Of a DNA stretch of 64,000 nt, positions 44,628 through 54,441 are shown one piece after another. The position numbers were made by a program, and so were the translations under genes. This DNA is from Deferrisomatales bacterium (lineage in GTDB: Bacteria > Desulfobacterota > Deferrisomatia > Deferrisomatales > JACRMM01), in the NCBI GenBank assembly GCA_033551855.1, contig JAWSUI010000001.1, positions 186,691 to 250,690 on the forward strand, read 5' to 3'. Under the pieces are notes generated by a model. That model was not told the DNA's origin. It saw only the letters and a program-made list of their open reading frames with translations, and did not search any database. How positions within the stretch are numbered: the first letter of the stretch is position 1; the number at the start of each line of letters is the position of its first letter.

Positions 44628-46190
44628 ATGCGGAAGGTGATACTGGCTGGAGCAGCACTGGCCCTGGCGGCGGCGGTTTCCGCCCCGCCGGCCTCGGCGT
44701 TCTCCAAGGAATCCCTGGTCTGGAAGAAGTGTGCCCCGTGCCACGCGCCGGTGGACGGAAGGCTCGCCCGGGTGCAGGAGATTCGCACCACCCCGGAGGA
44801 GTGGACGGTCATCGTCGACCGGATGTACCGGCTCCACGGCATGGAACTGGCGGCCGGCGAGATGGACACCCTCCTCAAGGAGCTCTCCGCTACCCAGATC
44901 TTGAGCCCCGAGGAGATGGCCGAGGTGTCCTACCTCCACCTCTTCCACAACTCCCAGCACCAGGAGGCTCCTCTGGGTGAGGAGGAGGAGCGGTTCTTTG
45001 CCGCCTGCGTGCGCTGCCACAGCGCGGGGAAGGTCCTCTCCTACCGGATGACCCCCGAGAGCTGGGCGAAGGTGCGGGATTTCCACCTGTGGGTGGACCC
45101 CGCCATCGTCTTCCAGATGCGCGAGATGCACTGGATCGAGGAGGCCGACGCCGTCTTGGAGTACCTGGCGAAGATCTATCCCTACGGCCAGGACTGGAAG
45201 GCTCCCGCCCCCAAGCTCGCCGGCTCCTGGTTCGTGCTGGGGCGCGAACCGGGGAAGGGGACCTACCGGGGGAAGGCGGAGGTGAAGGACCTGGGGGGCG
45301 GCGAAGCGGCGCTCTCGGGAACCCTCCACTTCGCGGACGGAACCTCCGAGTCCTTCAGCGGTGAAGCGACCGTGTACGGCGGGTATGCGCTGCGCACCCG
45401 CACGAAACACAACGGCTTCGAGACGCTGGGCGCCTACTCCTGGGCCGACGGCGTGATCTCGGGGGAGCACCACTTCCCCGCTCCGGACTTTCGTACGTCC
45501 CAGAGCACGTGGTACCCGGCGGACGGGAAGGCCCGTGTGCTCCGGGTGACGCCGGGCTACCTCCTCCTGGGGGAAGAGACGTCCCTGACCATCGAAGGCA
45601 TCGGGCTGCCGGAGGTGTCGGCGGCAGACCTCCGGTTCGCCGGGGGCACCGTGGAGGTCCTCTGGGCCAGGCGAACCTCCCCCGAGGTGATCGAGGCCCG
45701 GGTCGTGAGCCGTGTGGCGACCGTCGGGGAGGCCTCTCTGCAGGTCAAGCGGTTGGAGGGGGTTCCCGTGCAGCTCGCACCCCGCGTGGACTACATCGCC
45801 GTGGTGCCGGCCATCGGCAGGGCGCGCCTGGACGGCGGCCCCCACTACCCGGCGGAAGGGGTGCAGTTCGAGGCCGTGGCATGGTCCAACGGCGCGGACT
45901 TCTGGGATCCCTCCGATGACGTGGAGTTGGGTCCGGTGTCTGCGACCTTTCGCCTCGCGGAGGAGGTCACCCGCCCCGGAGATGACGACCTGCACTGGGT
46001 GGGCCAGATCGATACCGCCGGAAAATACCTGCCCATCGGCGACTATGCGCCGATCCCGGCCCGGGAGTACTCGGGCGAAGGCTCGGGATGGGTGAAGGTC
46101 CTCGCCGAATACCGGAGGGGAGAGCGCACCTACGTGGCCGAGGGGCGCCTTGCGGTGACGGTTCCGGACTACATCCAGAGGATCCGATGA
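44628..46190 (+). CDS. qhpA: Quinohemoprotein amine dehydrogenase alpha subunit (diheme)
   Basis: Signal peptide; CAPCH...RTTPEEW..IVDRM..LHG and CVRCHS; Ig-like C-terminal domains ending GRLAVTVP. Confidence 0.9.
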   Translation: MRKVILAGAALALAAAVSAPPASAFSKESLVWKKCAPCHAPVDGRLARVQEIRTTPEEWTVIVDRMYRLHGMELAAGEMDTLLKELSATQILSPEEMAEVSYLHLFHNSQHQEAPLGEEEERFFAACVRCHSAGKVLSYRMTPESWAKVRDFHLWVDPAIVFQMREMHWIEEADAVLEYLAKIYPYGQDWKAPAPKLAGSWFVLGREPGKGTYRGKAEVKDLGGGEAALSGTLHFADGTSESFSGEATVYGGYALRTRTKHNGFETLGAYSWADGVISGEHHFPAPDFRTSQSTWYPADGKARVLRVTPGYLLLGEETSLTIEGIGLPEVSAADLRFAGGTVEVLWARRTSPEVIEARVVSRVATVGEASLQVKRLEGVPVQLAPRVDYIAVVPAIGRARLDGGPHYPAEGVQFEAVAWSNGADFWDPSDDVELGPVSATFRLAEEVTRPGDDDLHWVGQIDTAGKYLPIGDYAPIPAREYSGEGSGWVKVLAEYRRGERTYVAEGRLAVTVPDYIQRIR

Positions 46191-47587
46191 TCACCACCTA
46201 CCGCTGGGCGGACCACCGCCTCTTTCCGCGACCGGAGGGGGCGCTCCTCTTCGGCGTCGATGAGGCGAGCCTCTTTGCGGTCGACGAGGAAGCACGGGAC
46301 ATCCTGGCCCGCTGGCGGACCCGAGATCCCCTGCTCCTGGACGAGGTTCCGGCCGCGGAGCGCGGCCTCCTGGAAGACCTCCGGGAGGCGCGGCTCCTGG
46401 TCCCCGCCCAAAGCCGGCGGGCGCCGGTGCCGTCCCTCCCGGACCCCGGCGGCATCCCGCTGGGGACGTTGGTCCTGGAGGTCGCCCAGGCCTGCAACCT
46501 CCGCTGCGGTTACTGCTACGCGGCGGGGGGGGCCTACGGCGGAGAGGCCAAGCTTCTCGATCCGGGGGCGGCCCGGCGGGCGGCGCGTCGCCTCGTGGAG
46601 GGGTCGGGGGACCGGGAGGAGGTGACCCTCATCCTCTTCGGGGGGGAGCCCCTCCTGAATACCCCGGCGGTAAAGGCGGCAGTGGAGGAGGCCCGGGCGT
46701 GCGCCGCGCGCGAGGGAAAGCGCCTCACGCTGTCGTTGACGACCAACGGCACCCTCCTTGACGACGAAGTGGTCGCCTTCCTCCGGGCGAACCGGGTGTG
46801 CGTCTCGGTGAGCCTCGACGGACCGCCGGACGTCCACGACGTCAACCGCCCCTTCGCGGGGGACGGTGGCGGGAGCTACGCCGAGGTGCTGCGGGGGCTG
46901 CAGACACTTCTTCGGGCCGGCCCCCAACCGGTCGCCGCCCGGGTGACCTTGCAGCCCAAGCAGTGGGGCCGCGTACCGGAGGTCTTCGATCACCTCCTGG
47001 GGTTGGGGTTCCACGAAGTGGGGATCGCGCCCGCGAGCCCCGTCACGCCCGACCTGCTTCCCTCCGACGAGGAGGAGGAAGCGCTGTTCGAGGGGTTCGC
47101 CGCGCTGGCCCGGCGTTTCGAGGTGGATGCCCGGGAGGGAAGGATCCTCCCCTTCTCGAACCTCCTCGACCTGCTCGGACGGCTGCACGGTGGCACCGTG
47201 AAGTCCGCCCCCTGCGGGGCGGGGCTCGGCTACCTGGCCATGGACGCGTCGGAGCGGCTCTACCTCTGCCACCGGCTGGTGGGGGAGGCCGAGTTCGAGG
47301 TGGGGAACCTGGAGGCCGGCCCCGACCCGGCAAGGGTTCGGGCCTGCCTCGAGGGTTTGGCCGCCCCGCGGAAGGACGCGTGCTCCCTCTGCTGGGTCCG
47401 GGCCCTGTGCCGGGGGGGCTGTCACTACGAGAACTACGTGAGGGAATCGGCCCTGGGACAGGCCCCCGGGGGGAGTTGCCGCTTCATTCGGCGTTGGATC
47501 TCCCTCGGGGTCGAGCTCTACGGCCGTCTGGAAGACATCGGGACACGGCAGATCCTCGCGCACCTGGACCGGAGGGCGGCTCACTAG
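46187..47587 (+). CDS. qhpD: Radical SAM/SPASM thioether-forming maturase
   Basis: CNLRCGYC, FGGEPLLN, PCGAG...LCHR, CSLCWVRALCRGGC SPASM motif; lies between qhpA and qhpC. Confidence 0.9.
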   Translation: MITTYRWADHRLFPRPEGALLFGVDEASLFAVDEEARDILARWRTRDPLLLDEVPAAERGLLEDLREARLLVPAQSRRAPVPSLPDPGGIPLGTLVLEVAQACNLRCGYCYAAGGAYGGEAKLLDPGAARRAARRLVEGSGDREEVTLILFGGEPLLNTPAVKAAVEEARACAAREGKRLTLSLTTNGTLLDDEVVAFLRANRVCVSVSLDGPPDVHDVNRPFAGDGGGSYAEVLRGLQTLLRAGPQPVAARVTLQPKQWGRVPEVFDHLLGLGFHEVGIAPASPVTPDLLPSDEEEEALFEGFAALARRFEVDAREGRILPFSNLLDLLGRLHGGTVKSAPCGAGLGYLAMDASERLYLCHRLVGEAEFEVGNLEAGPDPARVRACLEGLAAPRKDACSLCWVRALCRGGCHYENYVRESALGQAPGGSCRFIRRWISLGVELYGRLEDIGTRQILAHLDRRAAH

Positions 47588-47659
47588 CACCGCCGCGGAG
47601 ACGGCCGTCGGTACGCGGAAGGCCCGTTGGAAACCACAGAGAATCGTGAGGAGCAGAGC

Positions 47660-47989
47660 ATGGACAAGCGAAAGATGCGGGCGCTGAACAAGAAGGCCCA
47701 GGCCATCCGGGAGCTGGCTGCCGGGGAAGGGAAGGCGGCCCGGGCCCTGCAGGAGGGTCCCCCTCCCATGCCGGTTGGGTGCACGACGGTCTTCGACACC
47801 GGGTGGGAGACCAATCCGCGGCCGACCTACCCGATGAGCAACTGCCAGTCGTCGGCCCGGGACTTCCACGGGTGCGCAGGGGACTGCTGGTGGCCGGCCC
47901 AGGTTCCCGACGGCCTCACGAACCACCCGGACTTCGACCAGGTGTGCCCCAACGTGGCTCGGGACTGGCGAAAGCTGAAGTATGAGTAG
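47660..47989 (+). CDS. qhpC: Quinohemoprotein amine dehydrogenase gamma subunit (CTQ precursor)
   Basis: Leader with ALNKKA; core GCTTVFDTGWE...CQSSARD..GCAGDCWWPAQVPD...DWRKL keeps the spacing of all three thioether pairs and the Cys-Trp CTQ pair. Confidence 0.95.
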   Translation: MDKRKMRALNKKAQAIRELAAGEGKAARALQEGPPPMPVGCTTVFDTGWETNPRPTYPMSNCQSSARDFHGCAGDCWWPAQVPDGLTNHPDFDQVCPNVARDWRKLKYE

Positions 47990-48004
47990 AAGAGGGGCCG
48001 ATGT

Positions 48005-48069
48005 GGACAGGATAACGGAATGAACCGGGCAAGGCGGAAGGGATCCGGCCGATCCCGTGATCCCGTCAA
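48005..48069. repeat. REP-like palindromic intergenic element (copy 3)
   Basis: GGACAGGATAACGGAATGAACCGG ... ATCCGGCCGATCCCGTGATCCCGTCAA. Confidence 0.6.
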
Positions 48070-48094
48070 GAAGACACACGCACAGGAGGGCACC

Positions 48095-49093
48095 ATGAAG
48101 CGCAAGGCGACCCTGTTCCTGGCCCTCGCCCTGACCGTTCTCGCGGCCGGGGCCCAGGCGAAGGACATGTTCTACTACCTGGGGTACGGCGTCATCCAGG
48201 TGATCGACGGCACCACCGACACGATCGTTGCCGACATCGCGGCGGAGGGGTGGCTCCGGGAAGCCGCCCTGACCCCGGACAAGAAGTTCCTCTACGTGAC
48301 GGCCAAGCGCCACCTGATCCACAAGGTGGACCTCTCCGCGAACAAGGTGGTGAAGACGGTCGACCTGCACTCCGACGGCTGGCAGCGCTTTCTGTTCGGG
48401 TTCGACCTGGCTCCCGACGGGAAGACCGCGTACGGGGCGATCCTGTCCCGCACCACGAAGGACGGGGACGTCGTCGTCCCGAACCCGGTGCTCGCCCAGT
48501 TCGACCTGGATACCGGGAAAATCCTGCGGAGCATCGAGGTCCCGTGGGGCGTCGCCAGCCTCACGACCGTCAAGGGCGGCGCCATGGTCTACGCCATCGG
48601 CAAGGACCTCCACAAGGTCGACGTGTCGGGCCCGGAAATGAAGATCACCGAAACGTGGCCCATGTACGAGAAGGAAATGAACTTCCTCCCCTTCTGGAAC
48701 TACTCCTGGGAGAACGGGGGTGTGTTCATGGCCAACTACTATACCTCCGAGATCATGGGCCTTCTGGCAATCCATAAGGAGAGCGGCGAGATCGTGGACA
48801 CGCCCCTGAACGGCATCCCGATCTTCGCCTACTCCGTAATCTACTCGCCGGACAAGAAGAAGGCCTACGGCGTGATGGACGAGCTCAACGTGATCAACCT
48901 GGAGACCAACACCTACGAGGCCGTGGTGGTCAACCGCGAGGGCACCTGCTACGGGGTGAACGTCTCGAGCGACGGAAAGAAGGTATACGCCGCAGGTTCC
49001 ACACTCACCATCTTCGACGCCGAGACACTGAAGCCCCTCAAGGTCCTGCAAATGGCCACCGACGGCATGGACATCCGCAGGGTCACGTTCTAG
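48095..49093 (+). CDS. qhpB: Quinohemoprotein amine dehydrogenase beta subunit (beta-propeller)
   Basis: Signal peptide; repeated propeller blades (LTPDKK.LYV, LAPDGKTAY, YSPDKKKAYG, NVSSDGKKVY); follows qhpC. Confidence 0.85.
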   Translation: MKRKATLFLALALTVLAAGAQAKDMFYYLGYGVIQVIDGTTDTIVADIAAEGWLREAALTPDKKFLYVTAKRHLIHKVDLSANKVVKTVDLHSDGWQRFLFGFDLAPDGKTAYGAILSRTTKDGDVVVPNPVLAQFDLDTGKILRSIEVPWGVASLTTVKGGAMVYAIGKDLHKVDVSGPEMKITETWPMYEKEMNFLPFWNYSWENGGVFMANYYTSEIMGLLAIHKESGEIVDTPLNGIPIFAYSVIYSPDKKKAYGVMDELNVINLETNTYEAVVVNREGTCYGVNVSSDGKKVYAAGSTLTIFDAETLKPLKVLQMATDGMDIRRVTF

Positions 49094-49174
49094 CCGGAAG
49101 GGGTGCCGATCCGGAGCGACCGAGGGGGGGCAAGGCCTTCCCTCGGTCGCGGGGAAGGTACGGAAAGAGGGGCG

Positions 49175-50020
49175 ATGGAGTACGCGGTGCGGCTGGAAGA
49201 GCCGACGGAGGTCCCGACGGACCCTCGGAACGCCTGCGCGGCCGAGTGGCGGGAGGTACTGCCGCGAGGCCGCCTGGCGGCGCTCTACTTCGGCTCAGAG
49301 TTTTGCGAGGACCGAATCCCCGGGCACGAAACCGGGGATGCCTTCTGCCGGGCGGCGAAGAAGCGGAGGCTCGAGGCCGCGCTCCTGTCCCCTCCGGTGA
49401 CCGCGGACGGCCTGGCACGGATCGACGCTCTGCTCCGGTTCCTGGCTCGGCGAGGGTTCCGGCCGGCCGTGGTCTTCAACGACTGGGGGGTACTGCGACT
49501 TCTCGCGCAGGACCACCCGGCACTGCCCCGGAGGGCCGGAAGGCTCCTCAACCGCTCCCTCCGGGATCCCCGCGCCGGACCCGCAGCGTATCCCGACGGG
49601 ACAGGCGCCCGGGGCGGGCGCCTGCGCGCCTTCTTGGCAGGCCGGGGTGTGGAGGCCCTGGAAACCGACCCGGACCTGGAAGGAACGCACCTCGGGGACG
49701 GGGAGGAGGGGCTGCAGCGCGTCCTCCACCTGCCGTATTCCTTTGTCGCCTCGGGCCGGAACTGTCTCCTGAAGACCGGCGCGGAGGCACCGGAGGCGGA
49801 GCTCCTAGGGGGCTCCGGCGGCCCCGGCGTTGCCTCTCGCCTCGGTTCCCCGTGCAGCCTTCGGTGCCGGGGCGGGCCGCTGGCGGTCCGGCGGCAGGAC
49901 ACGCGGGATCCCCTGTGGCGGGCCGGAAACACCCTCTTCTGCGAGGTCTCTCGCGACGCTGCCCGGTTCCACCTGGGTCGGGCCGACCGGGTGGTTCTCC
50001 ACCGGAGGCCATCCCCGTGA
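49175..50020 (+). CDS. Peptidase U32-family Fe-S protein, UbiV-like
   Basis: LYFGSEFCEDR, VVFNDWG, GRLLN, SGRNC...PCSLRC: one N-terminal Cys plus C...CX3C, the UbiV-type layout. Confidence 0.7.
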   Translation: MEYAVRLEEPTEVPTDPRNACAAEWREVLPRGRLAALYFGSEFCEDRIPGHETGDAFCRAAKKRRLEAALLSPPVTADGLARIDALLRFLARRGFRPAVVFNDWGVLRLLAQDHPALPRRAGRLLNRSLRDPRAGPAAYPDGTGARGGRLRAFLAGRGVEALETDPDLEGTHLGDGEEGLQRVLHLPYSFVASGRNCLLKTGAEAPEAELLGGSGGPGVASRLGSPCSLRCRGGPLAVRRQDTRDPLWRAGNTLFCEVSRDAARFHLGRADRVVLHRRPSP

Positions 50021-50997
50021 GGGTCATGGCCCCCGTGCGCTCCGCCGCCGAGGTGGCGCCGCTGTGCGAAGCCGGTGCCGACGAGCTCTACTGCGGGGTG
50101 GCCCCCTCCTGGTGGGAGGAGCGGTACGGGGGCGCCTGGGCCAGCCGCCGAGACCCGAGGGCCGCCGGGGTGGCGGACCTGGGCGAGCTGGACAGAATCG
50201 TGTCTCTGGCCGGCAACCGGCCGGTTCACGTGGCGCTGAACGCGGCCCGTTACCCGGACGGGGCGGTGGGAGAGCTCGCCGAGTTCGGCCGGCACCTGCT
50301 CCGGGAGCACGGCGTGAGCGCCCTCATCGTGGCAGACCTGGAGCTCATCCTGACCCTGACGGACCAGGGCCTGGGGCCGCGGCTGCACGTCTCCAGCCTC
50401 GCCACGGTCACGAACGGTTCGGCGGCGGCCTTCTTCCGGGAGCTCGGAGCGTCCCGGGTCATCCTTCCCCGCCACCTGACCCTGCCCGAGATTCGAGCCT
50501 GCCTCGTGCCGGGCCTCGAGTACGAGGTGTTCCTGCTCAACGACGGCTGCGTGTTCGAAGAGGGGCTGTGCGCGACCACCCACGCCCTGGGCCCCTTCTG
50601 CCTGGGGGACGGCCCGGGCACCGAAGGGGTCGGTGCCCGGGCCCTGGAGGAGTACGAGCTCTGGAAGTGGACCCTCAGCAACTGCGGGTGCCGGACGAGC
50701 CGGGGCTACCCCCTCGCCCCCTGCGGACTGTGCGCCCTGCCCGCTTTCCGTCGGATGGGGATCACGAGCCTCAAGGTCGTGGGGAGGGAGGCGTCCCCGG
50801 AGAGAAAACGCGCATCGGTGGACCTCGCTGCCCGGGCTGTGCGGCTTGCCGAGGCAGGGGGCGAACCGGACGAAATCCGGGAGGCGGTGGTCGCCCTGAG
50901 AGGCGCGCGAAGCCTGTGCGACGGGGCCCACGGTTGCTACTATCCCGGGGTGTGGCACCGCGGGGGGCGGGGGGCCCCGGGAGCCGTGCCGTGTTGA
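50017..50997 (+). CDS. Peptidase U32-family Fe-S protein, UbiU/TrhP-like
   Basis: VMAP...AGADELYCG, LHVSS, GASRVILPRHLTLPEI, EVFLLNDGCVFEEGLC (CX6C), PCGLC, SLKVVGR; GTG start overlaps the previous stop. Confidence 0.85.
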   Translation: MRVMAPVRSAAEVAPLCEAGADELYCGVAPSWWEERYGGAWASRRDPRAAGVADLGELDRIVSLAGNRPVHVALNAARYPDGAVGELAEFGRHLLREHGVSALIVADLELILTLTDQGLGPRLHVSSLATVTNGSAAAFFRELGASRVILPRHLTLPEIRACLVPGLEYEVFLLNDGCVFEEGLCATTHALGPFCLGDGPGTEGVGARALEEYELWKWTLSNCGCRTSRGYPLAPCGLCALPAFRRMGITSLKVVGREASPERKRASVDLAARAVRLAEAGGEPDEIREAVVALRGARSLCDGAHGCYYPGVWHRGGRGAPGAVPC

Positions 50998-52697
50998 CGT
51001 CGTTGGCCCCTTTTTCCGGTCATCTGCGGGGGAAGGGCCGGGGGCTCGTGGCCCTCTTCGCCCTTGGCCTCCTGGGCGCAGGGGCCTCCCTGGCGGCCCC
51101 CCTGATCGGGAAGGCCTTCATCGACGCCGTGGCCGTGCGCGGCGACTTCGGGGTCGTCCCGATGGTGGCCGCCGGCCTGGCTGCGCTGTCCCTCCTGGAC
51201 CTCGGCCTGGGGGTGGTCACCCGCTATGTCCACGCCCGGCTCTCGGCCCGGGTGCTGGTGGAGATCAGGGAACGGCTCTTCAGCCGCTGCCTCCGGCTGC
51301 CGCTGTCCCACCTGGAGTCCTTCCGGCACGGGGATCTCCTCACCCGCTTCGGCTCGGACGTGCCGCGCATCCAGGGGCTTCTGGTGGACGGTGTTCTGGG
51401 GAGCCTGCAGGGCGCCCTCTTCCTGGTCGTCGCCGCGGCGATCCTCGTCCACCTCTCGCCCGTTCTCGCCGGCTGGAGCTTTCTCGGCGTGTTCCTCGCC
51501 CTGCTGCTCACCGCGGCCTTCCGCGGACCGGTGGAGCGGGGGACGCGGGGAATCCAGGAAGCCCTGGCGGACCTCTCCCACTTCCTCGCCGAACGCCTCG
51601 GAGCGGTGCGGCACGTGCGCCTTCATGGAGCGGAGCCCCAGGAAGAGGTTCGCCTCGGAGACCTCAACCGGGCGCTGGTGGGCCGGGTGCTGCGCTTCCA
51701 GGTGCTCGACGCCGCGGCAGGAGGCCTTCCCGGCCTCGCCCTCGCCTTGGGCTTGGCGTGGATCTACCTTCTCGGAGGGCGCCTTCTGGAGGCGGGGGAG
51801 ATCGGCCTGGGAACGTTCGTGGCCTTCGTCCTGTACCAGGGGCGCCTGTACGCCCCCGCGCGGGGCCTTCTGGGGCTGGTCCGCAACCTTCAGGAGGCTC
51901 GGGTCAGCCTGCAGCGGGTGGCCGAGGTCCTAGGGGAGGCCGAGGAAGAGGGTCCCACCCCTGCCGGCTCGGGGGTCGGGGGACGCGGAGAGGTCCACGT
52001 GGAAGCCGTGGAGCTCGCCTACCCCGGCAAGCCCCCGATCCTTCGAGGGCTTGGCCTCCACGTGGCCAGGGGGGAGAAGGTCGCCCTGTGCGGCCCGTCG
52101 GGGGCCGGAAAGTCCACCCTCGTCCAGCTTCTCTTCGGCCTGCGGCGGCCGTCGGCGGGGTGGGTGCGGGTCGGGGGCTTCGCTCCCGGTGCGGGAGAGG
52201 ACCTGCGGCAGGTCATCGGGTACGCCGGGGCGGAGCCCTTTCTGCTCCACGCCACCGTCGAGGAGAATCTGACCTACGGCTCACCCGAGGCAGACACCGC
52301 GGCGGTGCTCCGGGCCGCGCGCACGGCGGAGGCCCACGAGTTCATCCTCTCGCTCCCCCAAGGATACCGAACGATCATCGGGGGGAGGGGGCTGGCCCTC
52401 TCCGACGGCCAGCGCCAGCGCCTCGGAGTCGCGCGGCTCCTGGTCCGGGCACCCCCGATCCTCGTCCTGGACGAGGCGTTCTCGGCGTTGGACCTCGACA
52501 CCGAGGCGCGGGTCCGGCGCAACCTGTGGCGGGAGTACCCGGATCGCACCGTCCTGCTCGTGACGCACCGCCTCGGGGGGCTGGGGCAGCTCGATCGGCT
52601 CCTTCTCCTGGACGACGGGGCCCTTCACGAGGTGACCGAGGAGGAGCTTCTGGGGCGGCTGGGTGCGGGAGCCGCCTCGCCCGCCCGTGCCCCTTGA
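50991..52697 (+). CDS. qhpF: ABC exporter (fused TMD-NBD), QhpF-like
   Basis: TM domain, GPSGAGKS Walker A, LSDGQRQR signature, ILVLDEA Walker B; lies within the qhp operon. Confidence 0.75.
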   Translation: MLTSLAPFSGHLRGKGRGLVALFALGLLGAGASLAAPLIGKAFIDAVAVRGDFGVVPMVAAGLAALSLLDLGLGVVTRYVHARLSARVLVEIRERLFSRCLRLPLSHLESFRHGDLLTRFGSDVPRIQGLLVDGVLGSLQGALFLVVAAAILVHLSPVLAGWSFLGVFLALLLTAAFRGPVERGTRGIQEALADLSHFLAERLGAVRHVRLHGAEPQEEVRLGDLNRALVGRVLRFQVLDAAAGGLPGLALALGLAWIYLLGGRLLEAGEIGLGTFVAFVLYQGRLYAPARGLLGLVRNLQEARVSLQRVAEVLGEAEEEGPTPAGSGVGGRGEVHVEAVELAYPGKPPILRGLGLHVARGEKVALCGPSGAGKSTLVQLLFGLRRPSAGWVRVGGFAPGAGEDLRQVIGYAGAEPFLLHATVEENLTYGSPEADTAAVLRAARTAEAHEFILSLPQGYRTIIGGRGLALSDGQRQRLGVARLLVRAPPILVLDEAFSALDLDTEARVRRNLWREYPDRTVLLVTHRLGGLGQLDRLLLLDDGALHEVTEEELLGRLGAGAASPARAP

Positions 52698-52734
52698 ACG
52701 AATGCCCCAAACCGGGAGAAGGGAGAGACGACCC

Positions 52735-54441
52735 ATGTCCCACGTCCTGCGCATCGACCTGTCCGCCCGAACCGCCTCGACCGAGCCCCTGCCGGAGCGC
52801 TGGCGCGGCCTCGGCGGCAGAGGGCTGACTTCGGCGGTGGTCGCCGAGGAGGTCCCTTCGGGCGCCGACGCCCTGGGCCCCGAGAACCGGCTCATCCTCG
52901 CCCCCGGGGTACTGGCCGGGACCGCAGTACCCAACAGCGGCCGGCTCTCGGTGGGGGCCCGCAGCCCGCTCACGGGCACCGTGAAGGAGTCCAACTCCGG
53001 GGGCTCCGTGGCCCAGAAGCTCGCGCGCCTCGGCCTGGGGGCCGTGGTCTTCCAGGGGGCGTCTGCCGAGCCGGTTCTGGTCCGGGTGTCGGCCGCGGGC
53101 GTCTCGTTCCTGCCCGCCGGAGACCTGTGGGGCCTCGGGAACTACGATACCGTGGACCGGCTGCGCAGGGACCACCCCGGCTGTGGCCTCGTGACCGTCG
53201 GCCCGGCGGGCGAGGGAAGGCTCAAGGCGGCTGCCATCTGCGTCACGACGCCGGACTACCTGCTGCGCACCGCTGCCCGGGGCGGGCTGGGCGGGGTGAT
53301 GGGCGCCAAGGGGCTCAAGGCGGTCGTCGTCGACGACACAGACGCCGGCGCCCCGCCGCTGGCGGACCCCGAGCGATTTCGGGCGGCCGCGGCTGCCCTG
53401 GCCCAGGGCATCGCGGCTCACCCCCTGACCGGAGGGTTCCAGGCCCTGGGCACGGCCATGCTGGTTCCCCTGATCAACGAGCTAGGGGCGCTTCCGACCC
53501 GCAACTTCTCCACCGGGAGCTTTCCCGGGGCGGAGCGCATCGGGGGAGAGGCCCTGGCCGCCCTCATGGTCTCCCGGCCCGCAGCGTCCACCAAGCACCG
53601 GTGCATGGCGGGGTGCATCATCCACTGCTCCCAGGTGTACAGCGACCCGGAGGGCAATTTCATCACCTCCGGGTTCGAGTACGAGACCCTGGGAATGGTC
53701 GGGTCGAACTGCGCCATCGAAGACCCCGACCTCATCGCCCGCATCGACCGGGCCTGCGACGACCTGGGGCTGGACACGATGGACGTGGGAGCCGCCCTCG
53801 CGGTGGCGATGGAGGCGGGGAGTCTCCCCTGGGGAGACGGGACCCGGGCGCTCGCGGCGGTGGAGTCGATCCGTTCGCGTGACCCCCTGGGGCTCCTCCT
53901 GGGCAATGGCTGCGCCGAGACGGGGAGGGCCTTGGGCGTGGAACGGGTGCCCGCGGTCAAGGGCCAGTCCCTGGCCGCCTACGACCCCCGCGTGCTCAAG
54001 GGGACGGGCGTCACCTACGCCACGAGCCCCATGGGCGCGGACCACACCGCAGGAAACGCCCTGCCGAGCCCTAGCAATCCCTCCTACGACCCCTCCAGCC
54101 CCCGGGGGCAGGGTCAGATGTCGGCGTTCCTCCAGACCTACTTCGCGGCGATCGACACCCTGGGGATCTGCCTCTTCGCCTCGCTGCCGGTGCTGGAGAG
54201 CCCCGAGCTCCAGTCGCACCTGGTGGAGGCCGTGTCGTCGAAGGTGGGGGCAGAGCTCGGGTCGGGTTACCTGGCGAGCCTGGGAGAGGCGGTCTGCCGG
54301 CGGGAGCGGGAGTACAACGAGCTGTGCGGCTTCGGTCCCGCCGAGGACCGGCTCCCGGCATTTTTCCGCGACGAGGCCCTTCCGCCCCACGGCGGCGTTT
54401 GGGACGTTCCCGACGAGGACGTGGACGCGGTGTGGGGATGA
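52735..54441 (+). CDS. aor: Tungsten-dependent aldehyde:ferredoxin oxidoreductase family protein
   Basis: LGGRG, SPLTG..KESNSGG, ARGGLGGVMGAKGLKA, CMAGCIIHC, EYET, DDLGLDT, DTLGICLF. Confidence 0.9.
   Translation: MSHVLRIDLSARTASTEPLPERWRGLGGRGLTSAVVAEEVPSGADALGPENRLILAPGVLAGTAVPNSGRLSVGARSPLTGTVKESNSGGSVAQKLARLGLGAVVFQGASAEPVLVRVSAAGVSFLPAGDLWGLGNYDTVDRLRRDHPGCGLVTVGPAGEGRLKAAAICVTTPDYLLRTAARGGLGGVMGAKGLKAVVVDDTDAGAPPLADPERFRAAAAALAQGIAAHPLTGGFQALGTAMLVPLINELGALPTRNFSTGSFPGAERIGGEALAALMVSRPAASTKHRCMAGCIIHCSQVYSDPEGNFITSGFEYETLGMVGSNCAIEDPDLIARIDRACDDLGLDTMDVGAALAVAMEAGSLPWGDGTRALAAVESIRSRDPLGLLLGNGCAETGRALGVERVPAVKGQSLAAYDPRVLKGTGVTYATSPMGADHTAGNALPSPSNPSYDPSSPRGQGQMSAFLQTYFAAIDTLGICLFASLPVLESPELQSHLVEAVSSKVGAELGSGYLASLGEAVCRREREYNELCGFGPAEDRLPAFFRDEALPPHGGVWDVPDEDVDAVWG

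Noticed and set aside
49175..50997. U32 pair as collagenase-like proteases or as ubiquinone-biosynthesis UbiUV
   Set aside because: Leader cleavage is already covered by the S8 QhpE; no ubiT or other ubi genes are adjacent; the Fe-S-type Cys motifs and coupling to qhp genes argue otherwise. Not formally excluded.
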